Assembly (NCBI GenBank): GCA_002633005.1 | Contig: NMRA01000602.1 | Location: 116,362 to 180,361, forward strand | Length of the DNA: 64,000 nt | Source: Phoronis australis | Taxonomy: Eukaryota; Animalia; Phoronida | Direction: 5' to 3' | Shown: positions 25,701 through 38,302 of the stretch, in pieces | Numbering within the stretch: position 1 is the first letter of the stretch | How the letters are laid out: every line of letters starts with the position of its first letter | The notes under the pieces: model-generated | What the model was told of the DNA's origin: nothing | Seen by the model: only the letters and a program-made list of their open reading frames with translations | The model's database searches: none | Made by a program: the position numbers and the translations under genes

Positions 25701-26390
25701 ATTGGTTCTGTGTGTAAAAAACGAAGACGTGGTAACATTTTCAAAACTTTTTCTCCAGAAGTCTCTTTATCGTACAATTATTCAACCACCATAGTGTTAC
25801 ACCGAAATGTAAATGTGATAGTGTAAGAGCATTGTGTGTGTTTGGGAAAATAGTTATTCAGTGTTTCCTGAACAGGCTTGTTCCAGCAAAGATGACTATC
25901 TACAAAATACCTAAAATTTGAAACTTTAAACTCTGTTTATACTTTCATTGTTGATTGTGATCAGAGTGATGTCAGCTTTGCTTATTTGTTTGTGGAAATC
26001 GAAATAGCATAAATTTAGTTTAACTTGCGTTGAGCGGTAATTGATTGGAATTTAGCTAATCAATACTGATGGTTTGATCATTTGTGAAATGCAATTCAGA
26101 TCTAAGAAGACCAGATTTAAGTTTTTAAACTGGTTTTGTCAAACCGTCTTTATGAAATCGACTGATATTGTCGCTGAGAAGACAATATATGTCAGGTGCC
26201 CCAATATATATCATGGCTCACCTGCCTATCTTCAAACGTAAACAGAACAGTAATAACAAACAGTACTTTGACTCTCGTATGTTTGTGAAGGACATAAAAA
26301 GAACAATAGAAGAGTAAGGCGATTTCATACATCAATGGTTAATGTTTGCCACCAACGGTGTAGCTCAGTAAATGACTTTGATTCATTTAG

Positions 26391-26720
26391 GTTTTCGAGA
26401 CAGAGACAACGGTGTTAAATATACAAGGGGTGGTGCACTTGGATGCTACAAAGATTCCCTACGGAGTCCAGACTTGCAGTTTGCCGTAATGAGAAGAGCA
26501 AATGCGATGACACAGAGTTTGTGCAAAAAGGCGTGTAAGGACTTATGGTACGCCTTTGCAGCAGTTCAAAATGGAGACATGTGTTGGTGTGGAAACGGCT
26601 ATGGTAAATATGGATACGTGAGTCTTCGGGAATGTAACACGACTCCCTGTACTGGTGACGAAAAGCAAGGTTGTGGAGGCCCGCTGCGGAACTTGGTCAT
26701 GAAGACCGGTTTTATTCATG
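26391..26720 (+). CDS. Secreted triple-WSC-domain protein, exon 3 (WSC domain 1)
   Basis: LGCYKD...MTQSLCKKAC...FAAVQNGDMCWCGN...ECNTTPCTGDEKQGCGG is a canonical WSC pattern; TTTAG acceptor, GTAAGT donor, phase 1-1. Confidence 0.93.
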
Positions 26721-27788
26721 GTAAGTTTCATACAAACCTACACAATAATACATACCAACATTGCCGCTAAATCAGATTGACAGATTTATTGCGGTAGCCA
26801 ATCGCACTTCATAGAAGTAACTGTAACATGAAAATTCTAGCTTGGTACATTGGTGTTCCAATACTGATCGCTAATGACGCATGCCTATTGAGGCTACTGC
26901 TAACCTTACAATCATCATCCTATTGTCGCCTGGTACGAACATTGTATCCTACGTATCAACTTTTCAGTCTGGCAGGCGCTTTTAAAAGTTCTCTTTTTGA
27001 CAGCAATACCATACGGAACTTAACCACTCAACAGGATTTTGTATTGGCACGTTGGGTCTTTGTATGCTATTTGAAAATGGTCACATTATGCTATTTGAAG
27101 AATTCTGAATAAAGTCCAAATGTGATGTAGGCCGGATACAGTTTACTGCAAATGGTATGATCATGTTTTGTGTGCCTGCTTGTTTCGGAAGTGAAGTGTC
27201 ACGACAAAGGAGGAATATTATCTCACAGGTTTCCACCTGACTTAGGAGCCATTTCAAAAGATGCTACCAACATTGACAATGCAGTTTGATCCATGTCCTG
27301 TTGATTGTCTGGTCGCACTAATTCCCAAAAGTGTTGATCTAAGTAAACCATCTTTACACCTGTGCTCTGTGAACGTTACTGAGTTTTCTGAGCCAAATTG
27401 GATATTTCAATAAGAACGTTAAATCCACAGGAGTGTGTTCAGCATTAAATTGGTTCATACTTAAGATGCCATGTGTAATTAAATTGTGACCAAGCAAATG
27501 AAGTACGGTGTGTCGGAATCCATCCGGGAACCACTTGCCATTACAATCTCGCAAAAAATTCGTTTTGCGAGTCTATTTTTATGTAAATTAGCATGGTAAT
27601 ATGCCATCATTGGGGACGAACACTCGGTGCCGGCCAAAACAACAAATATGGCATATAACGTGGTTTATTTGGAACCTGAAGTCCTTAGTGCTTGACGGGG
27701 TCTCGGACTGCGACTGCAGTTTCAATTAGACGGTGAAATGAGGTAAGTTGTCATAAAAATTTATACTCGAGTAGAAGAATCGCCAGTC

Positions 27789-27842
27789 TAGTCCACAGAC
27801 GTCCTTAGCTTCTGATCACCCCCAATTCACTGTAGTATAACA

Positions 27843-27914
<72 letters not shown>

Positions 27915-27954
27915 GTAATGGGGACGATCAGAAGCTGAGGACGCCTGTGGTCCA
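27789..27954. mobile_element. Miniature inverted-repeat element with TAGTCCAC terminus enclosing a (TATATG)n/(TA)n microsatellite
   Basis: 27793-27824 and 27919-27950 are inverted repeats (28/32); microsatellite at 27842-27908. Confidence 0.7.
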
Positions 27955-29499
27955 GCCGTTGATTCTTGGCTCACACACTGCTACTCTGTACATACACGAC
28001 TGGTTACGTACGTCTTCAGTAGACCTGTGATGGCTACTTTTGACGCTATCTGTTTATAGCAAAGCATTGCCAAGGCAATGTGTGTATCAGTGTTTGACTC
28101 ATCTTTTATATTTCTGGAATATACAGCTGGTATATTGTGACTTGGCCTGTTTTTGTTTTTTACTTTTGTTAAGCCTATTCTCCATGGCCGAAAGTTTGAA
28201 CAAAATTGGATGTTTTATCCTGAAATCTGGTAATAATGCCCCTTATACGAAACGGTTGCTCGTGACTTAAAATTCTCTCGAAATAAGTTCATTTCAATAA
28301 TACACAGTAGAGAAATACGAGATGTATGAAAAGCGCTAGAGGTTTACAAGATAAGTAATTTGTAGGTGTTTTGAATTACACCAGATGAGACGAAACTGAC
28401 AAAAATTGTCTGGGGAATTCACGATGATGGGTGGATAGACAAATGAATGTATTGGACAAATAGTAAACGTTGACAGGCTAAAAGACTTGACTGAAGCACA
28501 TATACGCTTGCTCACGTGAAAGTAAAAGTATGCCAGCCATTCACACTAGTGTCGTTATACTTATCGCACACTTAATGAAAATATGTCAGGCCAAATCAGC
28601 TGTGAATAATATTTCAAAGGATGAGGAAAGGCCGAGAGATTGCAAATTTGAGCAACAGCTGTCTCTTGACGAATGCGTTGGGTTTTCAAGAATATTCCTC
28701 TGGTCAGCTTCTATTTCAGTATCATTAAATGGTTTGTCTCTTACATGACAAGTGGCTGTTTGTTCTTAGGTATGAACAAAGCATACGCGAGTGGTATGAT
28801 TGCAAATACTCTCACTCACAAATAGACGACAGTGATAAAGCAGTACTGGTTAGTGGATACAAAGGTTTTAAAGCATTTAAAGACATTGTAATGGACGTCA
28901 AGGTGATGCAGTAGTTACACTACTACACAATGTGTATGTAATAATTTAAGGTAGCACTACCTTATTAAAGTGGACATGCTGTGTTGTTTATTCAAGGTTC
29001 AACTATCCTACAGAGACCTGAACATTGGTGCCTTTCTTCAATGTGTCATTGAATTGTTTACATTACTTAGAAATTTTGACTGAAAGTTAATTCGAGCCTT
29101 GATTTTAAACCCTATTAGCATGGGTCAAATGAAGAGCATAACCTACATTTTCTGACTGCCACGTTTTTCCCCGTGTGTGGGTGGGCGCAGGTTGTTACAT
29201 ACCGGTGCTAATAGCTTTCGGTGCGAAGATTGACTGAAGACTGGTTCGAGTTAATCCTTTATTAATCCCGACCGCACGTTCACAAGCCTACTCAAACAAA
29301 ACGTCCGACGTAATGTCTGTTTATGCTCCAGCCAGTGCTGCGAAGCCTTGACTTGTATTGAACTTCTGAGATACTTCCAGCAACTGTTACGCTCGATTCA
29401 ATAACCTGCTGTCTCTATAGCTGGCTCTCTATTGACTATCGCTGTAACTGCTGATTCTCTTCACTGCAACTCAACTGTAGTTCTCCTTACTTGAACTTA

Positions 29500-29842
29500 C
29501 TTGATCTCACTTGATCTCCCGACTTGATCTTCTTAGACTCAACTCACTTAATCTCCTTGGACTCAAGTCGATCTAATCTCACTGACTTAATCTTCTTGGA
29601 CTCAAGTGACTTAATCTCCTTGGACTCAAGTGACTTAAACATTAATTCAACTCACTTAATCTTCTTGGACTCAAGTGACTTAATCTCCTTGGACTCAAGT
29701 GACTTAAACATTAATTCAACTCACTTAATCTTCTTGGACTCAAGTGACTTAATCTTCTTGGACTCAAGTGACTTAAACATTAATTCAACTCACTTAATCT
29801 TCTTGGACTCAAGTGACTTAATCTTCTTGGACTCAAGTGACT
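29500..29842. repeat. Tandem array inside the LTR: 24+24+21 bp subunits forming a 69-bp higher-order repeat
   Basis: (G/C)ACTTAATCT(T/C)CTTGGACTCAAGT twice plus GACTTAAACATTAATTCAACT, repeated about 3.7 times from 29584, with more degenerate units before. Confidence 0.92.
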
Positions 29843-29882
29843 AACAGAAACCCGTGCTTGTGTATTTATAGCCTAATGTTTT

Positions 29883-30085
29883 GTTCTAGAACTTTTCATC
29901 AATTCAAGCACATACCAGAACTTTCTGGAACCTACCCAATCTTTCTACAAACATGTACTAGTCTCTAGAATATTCCAGACTTCATCAATCACTGTCATGC
30001 TACAGTCTTCTAGAAAGTTCCACACTATACTGTAGTAAACAAATTACATCATCACTGTTCTGACCTCAGTCTTCTAGAAAGTTCC
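29883..30085. promoter_or_regulatory. Cluster of heat-shock elements in the LTR U3
   Basis: Perfect three-pentamer inverted nGAAn arrays at 29917-29931, 30007-30021 and 30071-30085; partial ones near 29883 and 29962. Confidence 0.65.
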
Positions 30086-31415
30086 ATACTATTCTGTAGT
30101 AAACAAATTACATCATCATTGTACTTAACTCAGGGGTCATGCCAATCAAACAGAATAACAAAACAAAACAATACAACTAATAATACTGTCAGACTATATT
30201 CTGACACTGACTAAACTTTCAAAATCCTAAATCACTACTTTGCAATCTTTTTGTATCAAGACTTGCAACCAGTTTGATTGAAATCACATACAAAAAGAAT
30301 TTGTTCCCTTCTTAACTTGTGCATGTCACGCAATATTGTTTCATATCATGCCTTATCTGCCTAGACTTTTTGTGAAAAATTCAGGCCCACTGGTCTACTT
30401 GAGAGCTTCTACCAGCTGATTTTGCCAATACACCAATTAAACCAAATTTCATTCAGGTATACATACACTTGACAGAATAAAAAGACAATACCCTTTAGAG
30501 AAGCGCCTTTAAGACTGAATTGCATGGTTTATTAGACACTAGTTCATGGTTTGGGATCTTTGGATGGGAAAACAAGAACAGTCACCAGGTCTTCCTCAGA
30601 CTTTCACCATATTAGAGCCTGTACACTTCGGGAAACCCTATTGTTATCAAATGAAACCAGTACATTTTAAGATTATAGTTGATCTAGGAAAAATGTGGCC
30701 AAATTCGGAACATCATTTCTCAGAAATGGCTGATGGGATTAAATTGAAACTTTCCGATATCACAGTTTGTGCCTTTTCCCAAGAACGCTACTATGGATTA
30801 TTTATAAATGGTTCACAGTTTACATGAGGGTCTAACAAATTGAGAACTTTGAGGAATTTTTGTGAAACAACTCAAATGTTGCATAAAAAGAGAACGAAGC
30901 AATAATTGAGAAAAAAACTGTAACAGAGGTTTTCAGAATTGATCTTGATCATTCAAATCAGACATAATTTAGTGCTTTGCTATAAATATACCTTTCATTT
31001 TTACTGCATTTTACTAAAATACATGGTCACGGGACCCAGGTCATGGTAGAATAATACTGTAAATATTTGATTAATGCATAGACTGGTTGATAAGTTCAAA
31101 CAAAATCTTAAAATACTTGATCTTTCTTCTACTCGGATGTAAACAAATATCACGCCATTCACATTTTGTGTGACGCCATGAATACTGCTAATGAGTATGG
31201 GTATGATTGACCACGGGTGATCTGCTTTGAATTAACCGTCAAGTTTATTATAGTATCTGCTTGAAAACTGAGAATTAAGGAAATGTACAAAAATTCACCA
31301 GGCGTTTCTTTTTGTCAACTTAATTGTATGAGATTGCAACATCGTTGCTTAAAGACAGATTTACAAATCAATCCACTACGTGTGGTTCAATGCATAATTT
31401 TCTTTTGTTTTACAG

Positions 31416-32130
31416 TTTCTCGGTAATGCAAGCAAAATCCGATTCGCTGTGATTGACCACAATCACCATTTGCCCAGAAAATCCCTAGTTGGACAAGATG
31501 GTAGAAATCAGTACAAACTTTTGTTTGGGAAGAAGGCGGCCAAGCGATGCTCTTGTACTATTGTGAAAGAGCCGAAGACCTACACATATATTGACAACAT
31601 TAACCTTTCGTCTTTGACGCACTGACGATAGACCTACATGTACAATTCCTCCACAAGTCTTTCCTGTCAACGATCCACAAACAAGTACCTCTTCAGGATA
31701 GAACATACCCCATTGAGAAGCAAATCAGTCGTTTCCCCACAAAACAAATGCCCCCATCCTGCGATAGCATACCTAACTTTAACTCTTCATATTTACTGAC
31801 ACTTTGACATCAACCAGGCATTGGCTCTCTTTTGGTTACTGTTACCTGTTAGTTATATCAAAGCAATACGTTGTTTTAAATTTTAATGTACATACAATTG
31901 TACAGCGCCATGACACAAAGGAATTAGCGTGACTGAACGAAACAAAGAACGTGTATTGTGTTGGTTCACACATCCTTGTATCCGATGTATGAACCATCTA
32001 CAGATGACCACTTGTCTCGAATGAGCCACTCAACACACCTTGGTACAAAGAATCTCTTCCGTTTGCCTAATTTGCCATGATTATAGAAGACGTACTGCCT
32101 GTAGGCGTGGTGTCGGTACTCGGAATTGGT
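31416..32130. pseudogene. Kolobok internal remnant: transposase C-terminus (+) converging on the P2X7-C-terminal-like second protein (-)
   Basis: + strand after TTTACAG: IRFAVIDHNHHLPRKSLVGQDGRNQYK...VKEPKTYTYI. - strand 31966-32130: YRHHAYRQYVFYNHGKLGKRKRFFVPRCV...IRDKWSSVDGSYIGYKDV*. Confidence 0.75.
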
Positions 32131-32163
32131 CAAGGGCGGATACAGGATTTTGATTTAGGGGGG
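32131..32163 (+). repeat. G-rich hAT-MITE-type left TIR
   Basis: CAAGGGCGGATACAGGATTTTGATTTAGGGGGG matches the reverse complement of 43793-43825 at 29/33. Confidence 0.6.
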
Positions 32164-35100
32164 AATGATTCCTTTGCCGCATCCTCCCAATTCCGCCACT
32201 TTAAGTGTGGTAGCTAAGATTGGCTATGTTGTACGAGGTCCGCCCATGGGATACAGAGGTGAGTAACTCAAACCACTTTAAGTTACGGCGCGCTGTAAAG
32301 TATAGTTACCGTAAAAAGTTCTTTTGTAGAATTCCACGATTGTCGCAATTGACTAACTGGAGGTGACCCTATGGCCATATTATGTCACCGTAACGTCAAA
32401 TAACATTTTTTCTCCATATCTTGGGATTTTTATTGTGAACAATCATCATCTAGGGAACACAGTCATCTATGAATTCCCAAAAAGCTTCAACAGAAATAAA
32501 GTACTAGTCCACGAGAGCACCAGCCATCCAGCAGCAAAGTGGGGGTCAGCCGATTTTCACCAAATTTGGCACATAGGAGGTCCTATGGGATCTATAAACA
32601 GCGGTAAAATATTTCCTAAAAAATATTGCGTTTTTTCCAAAGTTATATGCTCAAACACATTTTACGGCTTCGCAGCCAGGTTTTCACGGTATAAAAACTG
32701 TCCAGGTTTAACTGTTTATGTTTTTCCTTGAATGAAAGCTATTGATTTATTATTGACTTGACTTTGTTTAGTGGTGCCTATAGATTGTTACACGGATGTC
32801 TTGAAACACGATTCCGATTTACCACCCTCATTTAGTACTTTTACTACACTGCGACCCGTCATGCCATTTTGAGGTTGTGTTCAGTACACTGCTGTACCAA
32901 ATCTGCCCCCCCTGCTATGAGGTTGAAACTTGGCCAAAAAGTTGAAAAAACATGTTACTTTCATTGCATAAAATAAAAACTTTGTCCGCCTGTTTAACAG
33001 TAAAACATTTTGGCACCTCAAATGTACTAAAATGAGAAATTTTCATATGTCTGAGATCGATGCGTGAGCACCGTAAAATCCGATTGTCCTTCATGTTTTT
33101 CGATATTTTGCAATAAGTTAGTTCCTCCTGAATGTTTTGAACGTTTTACGACTTACCACTTAGGACTATAGTACCCGTTAATACCATACATGGCTCCATT
33201 TTGTAAAAAGCCGATTATGTCGTCCACAGTGAACAGGGTTAGACATGAACTCGACAAATGTAGGTTATTTTGTTTTACAGTTGTTATACCTTGCAATTTC
33301 CTCATGGGTATTTCTTCACACAGATTCAAGTTAGATTTTCTGTTGATCAAATGTTCATGCAATGCATTTTAATATCAAATGAATGATACGTTTGGAGGCA
33401 TGACCGCAATTTTTCCCACGACTTAAAACAAAAGACCGCAGAAATTTTTTTGATGAAATACCGGGTTTGCAGTTCTCTAAAAACATTCGAATGACAAGAC
33501 AAACTACACCACTGTCCGTGGCAACTAGTCGCATGTTTTTCGCTCATCGGTCCTATCATTGTTTTCCTTCGTTAGGTCATTGTTGGATATAACAACACAA
33601 GTTGCATGGATATAGAACCTTGCGTGCATCAGACCGTTGCCGATAAGTGCTCGTCATTATATCTTTATTATAACAACGGGAACAATGAAGATGCTAATCT
33701 ATTGTTATCTATACAACACGGTTTCCCGTGGATGACGACAGAAGAGGAATCCCAAAGTATCCACAAACAATGACCACGCACCGTAGTAAATATTACCGCG
33801 CACACGAATCCTTTCCGTGGAACCTAAACACCAAATTTTTTATCCGTGTATTGTGTTGTATTGCTCATGGTACGGGTTCAGACTCCGTTGTATTAAAATA
33901 TAAATACCCAACCCTGTAATATGTAGTTTGAGTAAAGTTTCTAGACAATGCAGGTTTATGGATTTATTTTCCTTTAAATGAAGAATAAAAATCAAATTCT
34001 GCACAGGTTTTTTAAAATAAATCACTTATTGGAAGATCGTACATCTAAAAAAATAAAACAACATTTGACAATTTTATTCATTATCTTATTTGAAAATTGC
34101 CTACCTCACAGACAACTCATCTAAGTTGAAAATATTCCTTGTGAAAAAATATAAAATACCAACCAGAGACTTGTGTACTACAAAATATCTTTTCGTAATA
34201 CAATGCAAAGATAACTGTACAGTCAAAAGTGCAAATGTTATGACTCTAATAAAAAATTGCCATCTAAATCTTTTCAACACTCCAATTGCTACAGGACAGA
34301 GTCAACCACACTAAGCCCATTAAGTCAGGGAATTACATTTAAGGTGATGTAGTCTCACTGCGAAAAAAGTGATTTCGCAATATCGCTGACAACACTGGAA
34401 ATGTCTTCAGGAATTTAAGGTAGCTGTATTTACCACATCAATGTTCTTATCAAAACTAACCACCACAAAATGAAAAATTGGCTTGTCGGTTCCAATTAGG
34501 CAGCATTTTACATTGAAAGGGTAATGAAAAAAATACTTTTGCAACATGGTTTGCATTACAATTGCCCAACGATTACAGTTGTACATACATACTAGACCAG
34601 TAACAAAATTACCCATGATAACCATAAAATTGTCAATTCGCCAAAAAAACAAGGAGCCACCAGGGCTAATGTGCCAATACTTTTCAGTACTGCAACAGAA
34701 AATCATTTGAAGTGGACATAAACTCGCCTAAAATCACAGATAACAATTTTTGATTTAGACATTTTACCATCATGAAATAGGTATTTCGTCCAGGTCACTT
34801 GAGCAATTTCAGAACTTTGAAAGATCTGGCAATATGCAGACCAGTCTAATAGTGTGTGATTTTATACACAAAGCATGGTCTCAAGGAATAGCAAACTGTC
34901 AATTCGCTACAATTCCAGAAATCACTTCCCATCTGGATAAGGTACAAAGTGAGCAAAGTTTTAGGAGGTAAATGGTCTAAATCAAAACTTATTACCCAGG
35001 CAGAAAGATAAGTTAACAAAACCAGCCTAACTGCAACAGGGGCTCAAATTTCTGCAATATGTACCCATTTACAAACAAAAATCTATAATGGTAAATAAAA

Positions 35101-36254
35101 TGCGGAAACATAAGTTCAGATCAATTACGCATCTTCAAGGAAAAGGAACAGTACAGTGGTCAGAAATCATCTAAATGTGATGGCCACATTGAGAAATCCT
35201 GTCAGATCAAAAAATCCAGTGGCCAAACAAAATGAACAATGTACCATTACCATGTGGCCAAGGATCATGATCCGTGCCTGGACAAAAATTCCATCTAGGT
35301 AAATTTTAGATTTGTGCTGTTCACACAACCAGTTCTGGTGCAAACAAAGCGTGCGACAACACTCAAGCCTACTTCCCTACACAGCTGTGCTGACACAATA
35401 ATGTCCCCACTGGATTTAGCAGATTAGCCAAAGTATTTACAGGTCCAGCCACTGTACTGTTTCCTCCCGTTGAATTTTTACAATGCTACATCCTTGACAA
35501 TCGCAGATTGCCTCTTTCAATGCATACTCCACTTTCTCTGTCCCAGTTTCCCCACATTTGCTGAGAGTGGCCTATCTCAACAAATTACTTTGGACTCGTT
35601 GTGGTTTAAGCCAGAAATATTTGGCAAATACTTTTTCCCCGAGTCGTTCCTCAAGCTACAAATTCTCTTTGACATATCTTCTGGGAGTAGACTTTTCGGC
35701 CTCTCTCTAGCCCACTCACTTAGTTGTCCACAAGGGTACCTTCTTGCTGGTTGTGAACTTTATCATAGCCAACCTTTACCAATAATCGGCAGGTCTCCGA
35801 CTTCAGCAGAAGCCTTTCCTGATTCCTAAAATTGTATTAATGAAAAAAAATCAACATATTAAATTTTATGTGGCCATTTCGGCTCAGAAAATATGAATAC
35901 CAAGCTAAAGTGAAGGCGCCAATATTTTTGACAGCTTGAGCATGTTTAATTAACTTCATAATCGCAGAAATTCATTGGCGGACATAACGTACCCCCTACT
36001 CTCTAAAAGTAGTTCATGGGCATAAGTCATGTTACACATGTGGTGGTTCTTATGAAAAGTTATGATAACTACCTATTTTCTATGCCAATGGATACATGTA
36101 GTTGCATAAAAATCAACACATTTGAATAAGATATGATTAAGCTATAAGGTCCAAGTTATAAGCAATCACGGTGTGTCAATAAAAGTATTTTTGCATGAAT
36201 GACGTGCTTCTAAATATTCCTCTGGGTCAGACCCTGGAGTTTAGTGATTCCTAC

Positions 36255-36682
36255 CTGAGCTCACACGAAGCACGACGTTGAACCTTGACTTAACGTCTTT
36301 GGTCATTTTTCAGACCTCTAATCAGATTTCTCCTCTAGTGTGCAGTGGATGTACTCAATGTCTTTGGCGACGGCAATATATCTCGAGTGTTGTAACGATG
36401 ATTTGGGCAAGTGAATCAATACGGTAGATTATGTAGCTCCTGCTGCACAGCTGCCTCCGAGGCAGACTACTTCTCAAGACTCAAGAGGACACGTTCCACC
36501 TCCACATCAGCTCCACTTACTCTTATAAGGTGCTCAAATGTCTTGCTCTTTTTCTTGTGCATTTCCCAAGAGTTTCCAAAGTTGTTTCTCTCCGCAATTT
36601 TTAGAAATGACACATTCGATGCGACTGGCAGTGCCAGATAAATAAATAAATTCGCAAACCCGCACTTCAGGTCAGCCATCAT
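36255..36682 (-). pseudogene. Decayed first exon of a Cys/His-rich transposon protein (left-arm copy)
   Basis: Mirror of 37862-38302; begins MMADLKCGFANL and ends at a GTAGG donor. Confidence 0.5.
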
Positions 36683-37861
36683 TCAACTAACGCATTATGA
36701 GCTTTAGTTTGGTATTCAGACGAGTTGGAAGAACAAATTTAATATAATTTCATATGTTAGTGGGAAATGCTAGTGTCCTTAAAATTAATTAAAAACATTT
36801 AAGCAAACCAATTCTTTTAATTGTTGTATTATACCACGGTATATTAATGCGGAGAAACGGCGCACAACTAGTGACTGGTTTAACATGACAATTACACATA
36901 CGCGGTCTGAAAATAGTGAAATTCAGACACCTATTACCTAGCCTGCCTGAAGGGCTGACAAAGTTTTTATTGTATTAATTTGAAGAACATGGAGTCTTCT
37001 ACATGTCCATGTTATTATTTTTGGTTTTGTCGCGGGGGCAGCTTCGCTATAAGGGTACAACTTACTGCTGGTTTTTCACAAGAAGGAAATGTACCTCCAC
37101 GGAAACAGTTCCAGTGTTACCATGGAAACCCATATTTCAGTGTCGGTGCCGTTTCTACTGACATTCGTCATGGAACTATCATGTGATATCAAAATTGTTC
37201 AGAACTGATTCTGTTTGAAGCAGAAACTGGAGTAGAAAATTTGGTCAAAAATGACTCATTCCACATCACGAAATTGCCTCATTTTGCACCCCAGAACACT
37301 TCCCTTGTATCTCCTAAACCACCAAACTTTGTGGTGTCATACTTCACCCAATTTCTCTCATCCCTAATATGATTCATCAGACTAAACAAGGATCTGAATG
37401 TCTGACCCCCCACCTTGCCGCTTGTTGGCTGTACAGTGGTCGGTGGATCCGTGGACTGATACTTAAGTATGAGTAATTTTTGATCAAATTTTCGACTCCA
37501 GTTTCTGTTTCAAACAGAATCGTTTCTGAACAATTTTGATATCACATGATAGGTTCATGACCAATGTCAGTAGAAACGGCACCGACACTGAAACATCGGT
37601 TACCATGGTAACACTGGAACTGTTTCCATGGAGGTACATTTCCTTCTTGTGAAAAACCAGCAGTAAGTTGTACCCTTATAGCGAAGCTGCCCCCGCAAGA
37701 AAACTAAAACTAATAACATGGACATGTAGAAGACTCCATGTTTTTCATTAATTTTAAGGACACTAGCATTTCCCACTAATATATGAAGTTATACTAAATT
37801 TGTTCATCCAACTCGTCTGAATACCAAACTAAAGCTTAGAATGCGTGCCGTTAGTTGAATG

Positions 37862-38302
37862 ATGGCTGAAATAAAGTGCGGATTTGCGAATTTATCTAGT
37901 TATCTGGAACTGCCAGTCGCATTGAATGTGGTATTTCTACAAATTGCGGAGAGAAACAACTTTGGAAACTCTTGGGAAATGCACAAGAAAAAGAGCGAGA
38001 CATTTGAGCAGTTATAAGAGTAAGTGGAGCTGATGTGGAGGTGGAACGTGTCCTCTTGAGTCTTGAGAAGAAGTCTGTCCCAGTCACGGTCTGCCTCAGA
38101 GGCAACTGTACAGCAGGAGCTACATAATCTACCGTATTAGATTCACTTGCCCGAATCATCGTTACAACACTCGAGATATATTGCCGTCGCCAAAGACATT
38201 GAGTACATCCACTGCACACTAGAGGAGAAATCTGATTAGAGGTCTGAAAAGTGACCAAAGACGTTAAGTCAAGGTTCAACGTCGTGCTTCGTGTGAGCTC
38301 AG
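37862..38302 (+). pseudogene. Decayed first exon of a Cys/His-rich transposon protein (right-arm copy)
   Basis: Across frameshifts: MAEIKCGFANL...ETLGKCTRKRARHLSSYK...FTCPNHRYN...YCRRQRH*VHPLH...RFNVVLRVSS(G), then GTAGG donor. Same motif order as 4983-5375. Confidence 0.5.

Larger units (their letters stand above)
29157..30206 (-). mobile_element. Solo LTR, 1050 bp, 5-bp TSD CTGAC
   Basis: TG...CA ends; CTGAC at 29152-56 and 30207-11. Minus-strand TATAAATA near 29863-29870 and AATAAA at 29258-63. A second partial copy lies at 11722-11952. Confidence 0.85.

Noticed and set aside
29524-29844. LRR-looking ORF (DLIFLDSS repeats) and CRISPR-like periodicity
   Set aside because: Produced by a tandem array with unit lengths divisible by 3 inside an LTR; no unique spacers, no cas genes, eukaryotic context.
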